Shown one piece after another: positions 8,633 through 16,048 of a stretch of 23,352 bases of DNA. The stretch lies in contig JAJYNW010000017.1 in the NCBI GenBank assembly GCA_021786105.1, positions 1-23,352 of the forward strand. Direction: 5' to 3'. Within the stretch, counting starts at the first letter, position 1; every line of letters begins with the position of its first letter. The position numbers and the translations under genes are program-made. The notes under the pieces were generated by a model. It was not told the origin of the DNA. It worked only from the letters and a program-made list of their open reading frames with translations, and searched no databases. Source of the stretch: a bacterium (lineage in GTDB: Bacteria > Patescibacteriota > Microgenomatia > Daviesbacterales > UBA10151).

Positions 8633-9492
8633 AGCTCTTCCAGTTTAACTTTGCCTTCAACGTTTTTGCCCTGGATAAACTGCAGGTATTTTTCCGTGGT
8701 GGAGAGCCTTTTGTGGCCGGCTAATTTGGAAACCATGGTCATGGGTACTCCGGCCTGTAATTGATAAGCCACCCAAGTATGCCTTAAATCGTTAACCTTA
8801 GCCTCTTTGATACCGGCAATTCTAAAATATCTATCAATAGCAGTTCTGATGTTTCTGATAAGGAGTGGCCGGCCGGTTTTAGTCACAAATAAAGCATGGT
8901 TTTGGGTTTTGGCCCGCTGGGGCAGATAATTTTTAATTGCTTCAGCAGCCGGTTTGTTTAAAGGAATAGTTCTTTCCCGGGTGTCTTCAAATGGGGGAAC
9001 GTGGAGGGTCATATTTTCTAAGTCGATGTCCTCTACCCGTAGTTTGGCCAACTCACCAATTCTGATGCCGGTTTGAAGCAGTAGTTCAATCACGGCCAGC
9101 ATCCTGGTATCAGCCCGGGCGGCGTCTCTGAGGCTTCGATATTCCATTTGGTTCAAAATCCGGGGTGGTTTATTTTCAAATTTAGGATGTTCCAAGCCGG
9201 TAGCCGGATCATCGCTGATTATATTTGAACTTTTTAAGAACTTGAAAAAAGTTTTGGTGGAATTAGTTTTGCGGGAGATGGATTTGGGAGTATAATCTTC
9301 TTTGGCCAGTTTATCCATAAAGCTTTGCAGATCAGCGGTTGTGACCTCGTTCGGATCAGCTTTACCCAAATCTTGCAGGTAATCAACCAGTTGCTGAATA
9401 TCTTTGCCATAAGCTAAGATAGTAGCAGAAGCTCGGGATTTACCTTTTAAATGGCCAATGAATTGTTGGTGTGCGTCACGCAAAGAAACCAT
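8629..9492 (-). CDS. XerC/XerD-like tyrosine recombinase
   Basis: SAM-like N-domain; TGIRIGE (Arg), NDLRHT (HxxR variant), LAGH..LSTTEKY (His, Tyr). Confidence 0.92.
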   Translation of the reverse strand: MVSLRDAHQQFIGHLKGKSRASATILAYGKDIQQLVDYLQDLGKADPNEVTTADLQSFMDKLAKEDYTPKSISRKTNSTKTFFKFLKSSNIISDDPATGLEHPKFENKPPRILNQMEYRSLRDAARADTRMLAVIELLLQTGIRIGELAKLRVEDIDLENMTLHVPPFEDTRERTIPLNKPAAEAIKNYLPQRAKTQNHALFVTKTGRPLLIRNIRTAIDRYFRIAGIKEAKVNDLRHTWVAYQLQAGVPMTMVSKLAGHKRLSTTEKYLQFIQGKNVEGKVKLEEL

Positions 9493-9501
9493 AATGCGTA
9501 C

Positions 9502-9530
9502 ATTTTAATGTTATAGGTTATATTTGTCAA
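9502..9530 (-). promoter_or_regulatory. Near-consensus sigma70 promoter of the recombinase gene
   Basis: TTGACA-17 nt-TAAAAT on the minus strand, ending 10 nt before the ATG. Confidence 0.75.
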
Positions 9531-9581
9531 GAAGGAAATTTGTAAGCAGAGCTTGCCTTTTTAGAAAGAAAAACGTAAGAA

Positions 9582-9932
9582 ATGGTCAAAAAACTTGCTT
9601 TAGGTCTAATTATACTGGTTAGTTTAATCATTGCTTATAATTTGATTATTCAGATTATGTCAGCCATGAAATCCGGAGAAAGATTGTCTTCGGTGGCCGA
9701 TGCAGTCTATAAGTTGGAGGCTAAAAATAAAGCTTTGCAGGATAAATTAACTCAGGTTCAATCTCCGGATTTTTTAGAAGAGGAAATCAGGAATAAATTA
9801 GGTTTTGCCAAAAAAGGGGAGACAGTAGTGGTGATTCCGGACGATAAATTGAAGCTAGTGTTGGGAGCCAGCACCTCAGCTCAAATCCGGCTGCCAAATT
9901 GGTTAGGTTGGGTAAAAGTATTCTTTAAATGA
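9582..9932 (+). CDS. ftsB: Septum formation initiator FtsB/DivIC family
   Basis: N-terminal TM helix, coiled coil, EEEIRNKLGFAKKGE motif. Confidence 0.8.
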   Translation: MVKKLALGLIILVSLIIAYNLIIQIMSAMKSGERLSSVADAVYKLEAKNKALQDKLTQVQSPDFLEEEIRNKLGFAKKGETVVVIPDDKLKLVLGASTSAQIRLPNWLGWVKVFFK

Positions 9933-10018
9933 ACAAGTTCTTTCCTTCGGAAATAGATTCGTGTTGCGGGGTTGGATGATGTTAGAACCTTTATTCTAAC
10001 GCAGTTTGAGTTTGAAGA

Positions 10019-10843
10019 TTAAGGTTTAAGCGTTACAAGAGCGTAAGCAAAGTTGATTAATAAAAATATAGCCATCCAGTTAAGAATGCCCAAAACAGTG
10101 AAAACTTTTGTTGAATGACCAATCAGCCTTTTAATTCCATATAGTAACAAATGCTCAAATAAATAAAGAATTAGGAATAAATAGCCTACATTACGCAATA
10201 GCATATACTGTTGTACCAAATGAGGAGAATTTATATTAAGAATGATATAACCCATGATTAGAGCTGGTAGTAAGTAGCCTCCAAGAGTAATAGTCAATCT
10301 TTGGTTTTTAATAATCAAAATTAAACTGTAAATAAATGCAATTATCATAAATATCCCAGCTTGTGCCCCTGCATATTTAGGATAAATGGTTGAGTCAAGA
10401 TAAGATGATGCAGATGGAAGCGAATTAATAATTGTCACGGGAACCATTAGCAGGCAGAAAGCTAAAATTAGCCCAAATATTACTTTTAACCAAAATGATT
10501 GTGTTTTAAGTGGTGTTAAATTAATGACACTACTAGAAGCTGAGGTATCACTTTGTTTTATATGGCTAGGCAAAAGTAAGAGAATTAATAATCCAAAGAT
10601 ATTAATAAGGCCAAGTAGCGTAAGCCAAGATGAGCGTCCTTTTGCTTTTACAAGTAGATAGTAACTTAAAAAATATAGAATCCATGCAGGAATAATAGCC
10701 CATATGCCAATATATTCTAAGTAGAATAATGGATTACTTGAGCTAAATGTTGGATGAGTTAAAATTAATGCATAAGAAATAGCAAATAGTAGGATAGAAC
10801 CAATAAAAGTTTTAATAAACTGATTACGGTAGGTAACAATCAT
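10019..10843 (-). CDS. AT-rich multi-pass membrane protein of unknown function
   Basis: 274 aa, roughly 8 hydrophobic segments, AKGRSxW..LG motif; TGn-TATATT -10 box 8 nt upstream. Confidence 0.8.
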   Translation of the reverse strand: MIVTYRNQFIKTFIGSILLFAISYALILTHPTFSSSNPLFYLEYIGIWAIIPAWILYFLSYYLLVKAKGRSSWLTLLGLINIFGLLILLLLPSHIKQSDTSASSSVINLTPLKTQSFWLKVIFGLILAFCLLMVPVTIINSLPSASSYLDSTIYPKYAGAQAGIFMIIAFIYSLILIIKNQRLTITLGGYLLPALIMGYIILNINSPHLVQQYMLLRNVGYLFLILYLFEHLLLYGIKRLIGHSTKVFTVLGILNWMAIFLLINFAYALVTLKP

Positions 10844-10951
10844 TAAATCTAATATAACACTTCTACAATTTAGGTTCTATCTATACCGCCCCTATGGTTA
10901 AAAATGAAGCTAAAAATTTAAATTAAGAATTCTAATACTAACTTTTACCAA

Positions 10952-11037
10952 CAAAAAACTCGCTTCAATCATTCAGTGCCTGCCCTTCAACGAGTTCAGG
11001 GTTCACTTGAAGTGTTTACACTGAGCGAGCGAAGCGA
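10952..11037 (-). terminator. Long imperfect REP-like hairpin plus U-tract downstream of tRNA-fMet
   Basis: TCGCTTC..TCATTCAGTG (10960-10978) pairs with CACTGAGCGA..GAAGCGA (11019-11037); on the minus strand it is followed by GTTTTTTG. Confidence 0.5.
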
Positions 11038-11046
11038 ATCGAAGTG

Positions 11047-11118
11047 TTGCGGGGGGGAGAGTTGAACTCCCTGCCTTCAGATTATGAGCCTGATGTGCAG
11101 CCGTTACACTTCCCCGCG
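11047..11118 (-). tRNA. Initiator tRNA-fMet (CAU), atypical
   Basis: CGCGGGG/CCCCGCA acceptor with C1:A72 mismatch; TCAGG-CT CAT AA-TCTGA; GGGAG-TTCAACT-CTCCC; no CCA. Confidence 0.88.
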
Positions 11119-11130
11119 GTGACAGGTTGT

Positions 11131-11159
11131 ATTTTATCCTTCTGGCTTCGATATGTCAA
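11131..11159 (-). promoter_or_regulatory. Near-consensus promoter of tRNA-fMet
   Basis: TTGACA-17 nt-TAAAAT on the minus strand. Confidence 0.75.
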
Positions 11160-11177
11160 TGAAAATATCCCATAGCG

Positions 11178-11206
11178 TTGACTTTCTTCTCTTTTTCTGC
11201 TAAAAT
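11178..11206 (+). promoter_or_regulatory. Sigma70 promoter of the 11215 gene, divergent from the tRNA promoter
   Basis: TTGACT-17 nt-TAAAAT with extended TG. Confidence 0.7.
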
Positions 11207-11214
11207 ACGCGTTT

Positions 11215-11517
11215 ATGGTTACTCAAGAGCTTGAATCAACTGAAATTAGAAAAGAAAGTACGGAAGCGGGCTACACTAACCCTGATGATTTAATCAAGAG
11301 CGTATGGCGATCTATCCGCACAGGTTCGATTGTGGCAGATACAGTAGTAAAAGATATGCAGAGGGTTGGTTTGGATTTAAGCTTTAAGCATCTGAGTGTA
11401 CTCGCCAAATGCGGGATCCGTGGCGCAAGAGGACGGGAAGATGTAGTTGCAAAGGAATCTCTAAGAATCAGAAGAGAGGCTTTAAGAATGCAACGCGATC
11501 GTGGTTTGATCCCTTAG
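11215..11517 (+). CDS. Hypothetical protein
   Basis: 100-aa ORF with its own promoter; no recognised motif. Confidence 0.65.
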   Translation: MVTQELESTEIRKESTEAGYTNPDDLIKSVWRSIRTGSIVADTVVKDMQRVGLDLSFKHLSVLAKCGIRGARGREDVVAKESLRIRREALRMQRDRGLIP

Positions 11518-12926
11518 AGGAGAGAGATAATTGTTGCTACGCCAGCCAAAGTCATTAAAATTACAATCAGCCAGCCAAAAAAGGAAGTAATCCTGCCGTT
11601 AACCCACCTTCCCATAATTTTGGCATTACCGCTCAGCATCACGATCAAAACTAATATTACTGGCGCGATTAAGCCGTTAAAAACAGCAGAATAAATTAGA
11701 GCTTTGATTGGATCAAACCCCAAAAGATTAATGGCTAGCCCAATGCCGGTTGAGATAATGATAATGCCGTAAAAGGCATTAGCTTCCCGCAGTTTTCGGT
11801 ACAACCCAAATTTCCAGCCAAAACTTTCTGAAATAGCGTATGAGGCAGAGCCAGCCAGGATCGGGACTGCCAGCATGCCGGTGCCTATAATTCCTAAGGC
11901 AAAAAGTAAATAAACCCGATTTCCGGCAATTGGCCGTAAAGCTTCAGCAGCTTGTGCAGCACTGGTGATATTGGTAATACCATGGGCATAAAGGGTGGCG
12001 GCGCAGGCAGCAATGATAAAAAACATTACCAAGTTTGATAAAAACATCCCTGACCAAACATCTGTCCGCATATTCCTAACCTCCTGTAGGGTAGTTTCTT
12101 CCTGACGAAGTTTTAAAGTTGTCTTTCCGCTTAATATTTCCTCTTCTACCTCTTGGGAAGTCTGCCAGAAAAATAAATAAGGGGAAATGGTGGTTCCTAA
12201 AATACCGGTAATTAAAAATATTTGATCTTTGGAAAAAACAATTGTTGGTATTATTGCTTTTTGTATAACTTCATTCCAGTCAATATTAACTGTCAGGGCA
12301 GAAAAGACATAAGACAAAAGCACCAAAGCCAGCCATTTTAAGTATCTGGCGTAACTGTCATAAGTGGTAAATATTTGCAGAGCTAAAGTGATAACGGTAA
12401 AGCTCAAAATTAGTGAAGTAAAACTAAAACGTGGGAAAAGTAATTGAGTGGCTTTGGCCATGGCACCCAAATCAGCACCAATGTTTAAAGTATTGGCTGC
12501 AAACAGCAGTAATGTGGCAATATATAACACCCACCTGGGGTAGTATTGCCTGATATTGGCTGCCAGGCCCCGGCCTGTGACTAGGCCAATCCGGGCGCAC
12601 ATCTCCTGGACAATGGCCATTAAAGGAAAGGAATAGGGGGCTAGCCACAAAAGGTTAAAGCCGTACTGGGCTCCGGCTTGAGAATAGGTGGTAATACCGG
12701 ACGGATCATCATCAGCTGCTCCGGTAGTGAGCCCCGGACCTAAGGTTTTCCAGTATTCCCTGGCCCGGCCAAATTGTTTTTGGGAAACAAATGCCTCGGT
12801 AATCTTTTTTGAGGTATCAATAGTTTTATCTAAAACATCTGCCGGAGCTCCGGCTACCTTCTCTAACAATTTATCCGAGGAAAGCATGTTAAACTTTAGA
12901 GTAAACCCTTCATCGGGTGCCGTCAA
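11514..12926 (-). CDS. NRAMP/MntH-related divalent metal transporter
   Basis: LGPGLTTGAADDDPSGITTYSQAGAQYG, QEMCARIG.VTG.GL, GTTISPYLFFWQ. Start uncertain (TTG12926 or ATG12887). Confidence 0.9.
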   Translation of the reverse strand: MTAPDEGFTLKFNMLSSDKLLEKVAGAPADVLDKTIDTSKKITEAFVSQKQFGRAREYWKTLGPGLTTGAADDDPSGITTYSQAGAQYGFNLLWLAPYSFPLMAIVQEMCARIGLVTGRGLAANIRQYYPRWVLYIATLLLFAANTLNIGADLGAMAKATQLLFPRFSFTSLILSFTVITLALQIFTTYDSYARYLKWLALVLLSYVFSALTVNIDWNEVIQKAIIPTIVFSKDQIFLITGILGTTISPYLFFWQTSQEVEEEILSGKTTLKLRQEETTLQEVRNMRTDVWSGMFLSNLVMFFIIAACAATLYAHGITNITSAAQAAEALRPIAGNRVYLLFALGIIGTGMLAVPILAGSASYAISESFGWKFGLYRKLREANAFYGIIIISTGIGLAINLLGFDPIKALIYSAVFNGLIAPVILVLIVMLSGNAKIMGRWVNGRITSFFGWLIVILMTLAGVATIISLL

Positions 12927-12957
12927 GCACCTTGATTATGATAAAATGAGCGTCAGA

Positions 12958-13031
12958 GGCAGGGTAGCTCAGTTGGTTAGAGCGCGGCACTCATAACGCC
13001 GAGGTCGTGGGTTCGATCCCCACCCCTGCTA
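12958..13031 (+). tRNA. tRNA-Met (CAU), probably elongator
   Basis: GGCAGGG/CCCTGCT acceptor (G1-U72, G2-C71, C3-G70), CGGCA-CT CAT AA-CGCCG, GTGGG-TTCGATC-CCCAC; TGn-TAAAAT at 12939-12947. Ile2 identity not fully excluded. Confidence 0.88.
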
Positions 13032-13067
13032 CTAATTAGTTTATAGTCGGTAGTAGAATAGATTTAT

Positions 13068-14357
13068 ATGAAAATTATTGTTTTGGCTGGGGGAGAGGGG
13101 AAAAGGATGTGGCCGATTCAAACTGACAAATGTCTGATCCCGTTTTTGGGCCAGCCTCTTTTATATCACAACTTGAAACAGATTAAAGAACATGTTGAAA
13201 CTCCGGAATTTGTAATTGTGGCCAACCTTCAAAGCAAAGAAAAGGTTTCCAATATTGCCCAAGACTTGGGTTTAAATTTTCAAATTTCAATCCAAAACGA
13301 ACCTAAAGGTATGGCAGATGCCATATTATCCGCCAAAGACTTAATTGATGGAGAGATTTTGGTTATCAATGCGGAAGATGTATTGGAACAGGGTATTTTC
13401 AAAATGGTTTCGGAAGCTGGGGGAGACGTGGTAGTGCCTGGATTGCAAGTTAAGCATTACTTTCCCGGCGGGTATTTGAGGGTTGATGGAGATAAAGTGC
13501 AGGGAATAGTGGAAAAGCCGGGAGAAGGTAATGAGCCATCAGATATGGTTAAGCTGGTGGCAGATTATTTTAAAGATGGGAAAAAATTGGTGGAATATTT
13601 AGAAAAAATTGTAACAGAGAAAGATGATCAATATGAAGTAGCTTTAGGCCAAATGATCAAAGACGGGGTGGAGGTGAAATTTGCTAAATATGACGGGATT
13701 TGGTTTCCTCTAAAATACCCCTGGCATATTTTAGACATCACAGCTTATCTGTTGTCTAAGCTGGAACAAAAAATTTCTCCGACCGCTCAAGTTTCAGACA
13801 AAGCTATTATTGAAGGTGATGTGGTGATTGAAGAAGGGGTAAAGGTTTTTGAAGGAGCAGTCATTAAAGGCCCTTGCTACATTGGGAAAAATTGTATAGT
13901 GGGTAACAATTCCATGGTTAGGGAATCGGATTTGGAAGAGGGTTGCGTAACTGGATTTAGTTCAGACATTACCAGATCTTATATTGGGGCAAATTCCTGG
14001 TTTCACACCAATTATGTGGGGGATTCGGTTTTAGAGGAGGATTTTGGTATGGGGTCAGGGGCAGTGATTGCTAATTTAAGACTGGATAATAAAACTGTTT
14101 TAGCAGGGAATGATCATCAGGAGACGGGTAGATCTAAATTAGGGTTGGTGGCAGGAAAAGGCGGGCGGATAGGAGTAAATGCTTCTACTATGCCTGGGGT
14201 CAGAGTGGGAGTAGGTTCTCTGGTGGGGCCAGGAGTGGTTTTGAAAAGGGATTTGGCAGAAAATAAAAAAATAGTTTTAAAAGAAGAGTCGTTTGAAGTT
14301 AAAGACTATGATTCTGCTCACACTAGTTATGATCAGTTTAGGGACAAATTAAAATAA
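13068..14357 (+). CDS. Bifunctional sugar-1-phosphate nucleotidyltransferase/acetyltransferase (archaeal GlmU-like)
   Basis: LAGGEGKRMWP...K, EPKGMADA, VEKP, YPW; C-terminal hexapeptide beta-helix with YVGDSVL and ANLRLD. Confidence 0.88.
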   Translation: MKIIVLAGGEGKRMWPIQTDKCLIPFLGQPLLYHNLKQIKEHVETPEFVIVANLQSKEKVSNIAQDLGLNFQISIQNEPKGMADAILSAKDLIDGEILVINAEDVLEQGIFKMVSEAGGDVVVPGLQVKHYFPGGYLRVDGDKVQGIVEKPGEGNEPSDMVKLVADYFKDGKKLVEYLEKIVTEKDDQYEVALGQMIKDGVEVKFAKYDGIWFPLKYPWHILDITAYLLSKLEQKISPTAQVSDKAIIEGDVVIEEGVKVFEGAVIKGPCYIGKNCIVGNNSMVRESDLEEGCVTGFSSDITRSYIGANSWFHTNYVGDSVLEEDFGMGSGAVIANLRLDNKTVLAGNDHQETGRSKLGLVAGKGGRIGVNASTMPGVRVGVGSLVGPGVVLKRDLAENKKIVLKEESFEVKDYDSAHTSYDQFRDKLK

Positions 14358-14366
14358 TACCCGCGC

Positions 14367-14395
14367 TTGATTTTCCCTTAACCCTATAGTAGAAT
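14367..14395 (+). promoter_or_regulatory. Promoter for the leader/14624 transcript
   Basis: TTGATT-17 nt-TAGAAT; a second TTGACA (14401) with TATTAT at 19-nt spacing follows. Confidence 0.55.
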
Positions 14396-14477
14396 ATGTG
14401 TTGACAAAGATATCTGGGATATGGTTATTATGAAAGCATAATATTCCTTTAGGGATTTTTGTTTTTTTTTAAAGACT

Positions 14478-14543
14478 ATGAAAACAACACAATACAATCT
14501 TCTTTTGAAGTTACACTCCTTTACTGAGGAGTGGTTTGAGTGA
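14478..14543 (+). CDS. Putative attenuator leader peptide MKTTQYNLLLKLHSFTEEWFE (21 aa)
   Basis: Hand-translated; Leu cluster CTT CTT TTG AAG TTA directly precedes hairpin segment 1; the stop codon sits at the end of segment 2. Confidence 0.65.
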   Translation: MKTTQYNLLLKLHSFTEEWFE

Positions 14544-14606
14544 AGAAAATTCCTGAAATAGGAATAATCTAAACTCAAGCCGCCCCAAATAAGGAGCGGT
14601 TTTTTT
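14514..14606 (+). promoter_or_regulatory. Transcription attenuator (1:2 hairpin, 2:3 antiterminator, 3:4 terminator)
   Basis: CACTCCT/AGGAGTG; GGAGTGGTTTGAGT/ACTCAAGCCGCCCC (13 of 14 paired, G-U included); AGCCGCCCC-AAATAA-GGAGCGGTT then T-run. Confidence 0.75.
14577..14606 (+). terminator. Intrinsic terminator in the 5' leader of the 14624 gene
   Basis: GC-rich stem with one C-A mismatch followed by T7, 17 nt before the ATG. Confidence 0.75.
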
Positions 14607-14623
14607 GTGGGGAAAGGAAACTA

Positions 14624-16006
14624 ATGGCAATAGCTACTACTAGTAAAGAAAATTTATTAACTTTTGAAATGTATCAGGCAGATCGGGCGGGAGTAGTTTT
14701 GGTCAATGAATTGGTCAAGCAGCAGTTTGGTTCGGATAACTATCGTTTGTTTAAAGAAGCTGGTAAAGAAGCTGCAAAAAGAGGGGAAAAACTGCCTGAA
14801 ATATCTGAGGAGGATAGGCGAAAGGTAGACAGAGAGATGTACGATAGGTTTGGAGAGCGGTTCGGGGTAGAGGAGTATTTAAGAGAGAGATTTTGGAGAA
14901 GGTCAATGAGTGAAGGCGGCATTGGTTCAGTCAATTACGCCCGTGGCATCCTGCACCCTGATCAAGAAAAGCGGGCCAGCCTTACAACGGATATTACTTC
15001 AGATGATTTGCGGCCTTCTTCCTTCTTGGAAACATTAACAGTGCCGTCAAAGCTGGCTGGCCGGGTATACAAATATGAACAGGCAGTAGTGTTGGGATTT
15101 GGTTATCTGGCAGGAGAACTGCTCAGTGAAAGCGAGAGCGGTCAACGAACAGATAAAGTGTTAAAGGGCCTTAATAATTTTTTTACAGATAAACTGTTTG
15201 TCGATAAAAAGGGCGAGACGACCGATTATCATATTTACTCATATCATAAGCCCCACACTAATGAATTAGTCGGTTTGGGTAAGACAAAGAATCCTCCTGA
15301 GCAAGGACTATGGGTAAAATCTTTAGATTATCCGGTGAGGAGACTGAGGATTACCGATGCAGAAGGACAAAACAGAGTAGTTTTGGCTTTATATGACCCC
15401 AGAGAGAAGGAGGTGGGGTCAGCAGTAATCAAAGCAAAGGAAAGATCTTTGCTGGATAGTAAAGAGTCATCAGGTAATGGAGTTATAAAGGTCACCCCCT
15501 ACAGGAATGATCATTTTGGTTTTAGATTTGTGATTATGGAGGGAGGACGGCCCATGAGAGATATAGTAACCAGAAATTTAGAAGATTTGCTGTGGACCTA
15601 TAAAGGTGTTTGCGATATAAAGGAAAAAGATCGGGTGAAAGAAGAACATGGAAATCCGTCTAGGGTGCAGTTTCGAAGAAGAGAGGTATTCATAGAAGGG
15701 TTAAATCAGCCGGTCGAGGTAATAATATATGCTTTTGAAGATTATATAGCTTCAGAATATGAGGTGGGGCGGTTTGATGGAGAGAAAGGTATGCATGACG
15801 GCCCGGCGCGAAATTTATATAAACTTCAAGTGGTGTCAAATGTAGCGCCATACATCTGGCCTTACAAACTTCATCATATAGATCATATAGACGCTAGAAA
15901 ACTTGCTTCTTTTGAATATGTTGCTAGCTTAGGAAGAAAACAGAGAATAAGCCCCTCGCCTTATCTGGATTATATGTTGCCAATTGAAATATTGGGAGAA
16001 AAATAA
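14624..16006 (+). CDS. Divergent RelA/SpoT synthetase-like (nucleotidyltransferase-fold) protein with unknown N-terminal domain
   Basis: SD AAAGGA. Ordered motifs REKEVGSAVIK (RxKxxxSxxxK, R260), DHFGFRFV (DxxGxR, D296), KEKD, PVEVII (E365), SEY, NLYK (Y399). Recognised by eye only. Confidence 0.6.
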   Translation: MAIATTSKENLLTFEMYQADRAGVVLVNELVKQQFGSDNYRLFKEAGKEAAKRGEKLPEISEEDRRKVDREMYDRFGERFGVEEYLRERFWRRSMSEGGIGSVNYARGILHPDQEKRASLTTDITSDDLRPSSFLETLTVPSKLAGRVYKYEQAVVLGFGYLAGELLSESESGQRTDKVLKGLNNFFTDKLFVDKKGETTDYHIYSYHKPHTNELVGLGKTKNPPEQGLWVKSLDYPVRRLRITDAEGQNRVVLALYDPREKEVGSAVIKAKERSLLDSKESSGNGVIKVTPYRNDHFGFRFVIMEGGRPMRDIVTRNLEDLLWTYKGVCDIKEKDRVKEEHGNPSRVQFRRREVFIEGLNQPVEVIIYAFEDYIASEYEVGRFDGEKGMHDGPARNLYKLQVVSNVAPYIWPYKLHHIDHIDARKLASFEYVASLGRKQRISPSPYLDYMLPIEILGEK

Positions 16007-16048
16007 ATTTTTTAAACGCTAATACCTAAAAGAGTATTTTTCTAAGAT

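Larger units (their letters stand above)
9961..11054. mobile_element. Putative small islet bounded by an 11-bp direct repeat of the tRNA-fMet 3' end
   Basis: GTGTTGCGGGG at 9961-9971 and 11044-11054; the interior is visibly AT-rich and has a single gene. Confidence 0.5.

Noticed and set aside
8030-9492. Integrative element at tRNA-Ile driven by the adjacent tyrosine recombinase
   Set aside because: No second copy of the tRNA-Ile 3' end was found in the window, and the recombinase is Xer-sized and flanked by ftsB.
14400-14606. T-box riboswitch or Trp attenuator for trpS
   Set aside because: No TGGNACC T-box bulge or stem I motifs. The single Trp codon lies in segment 2, where stalling would favour termination, and trpS has its own promoter at 16360-16388.
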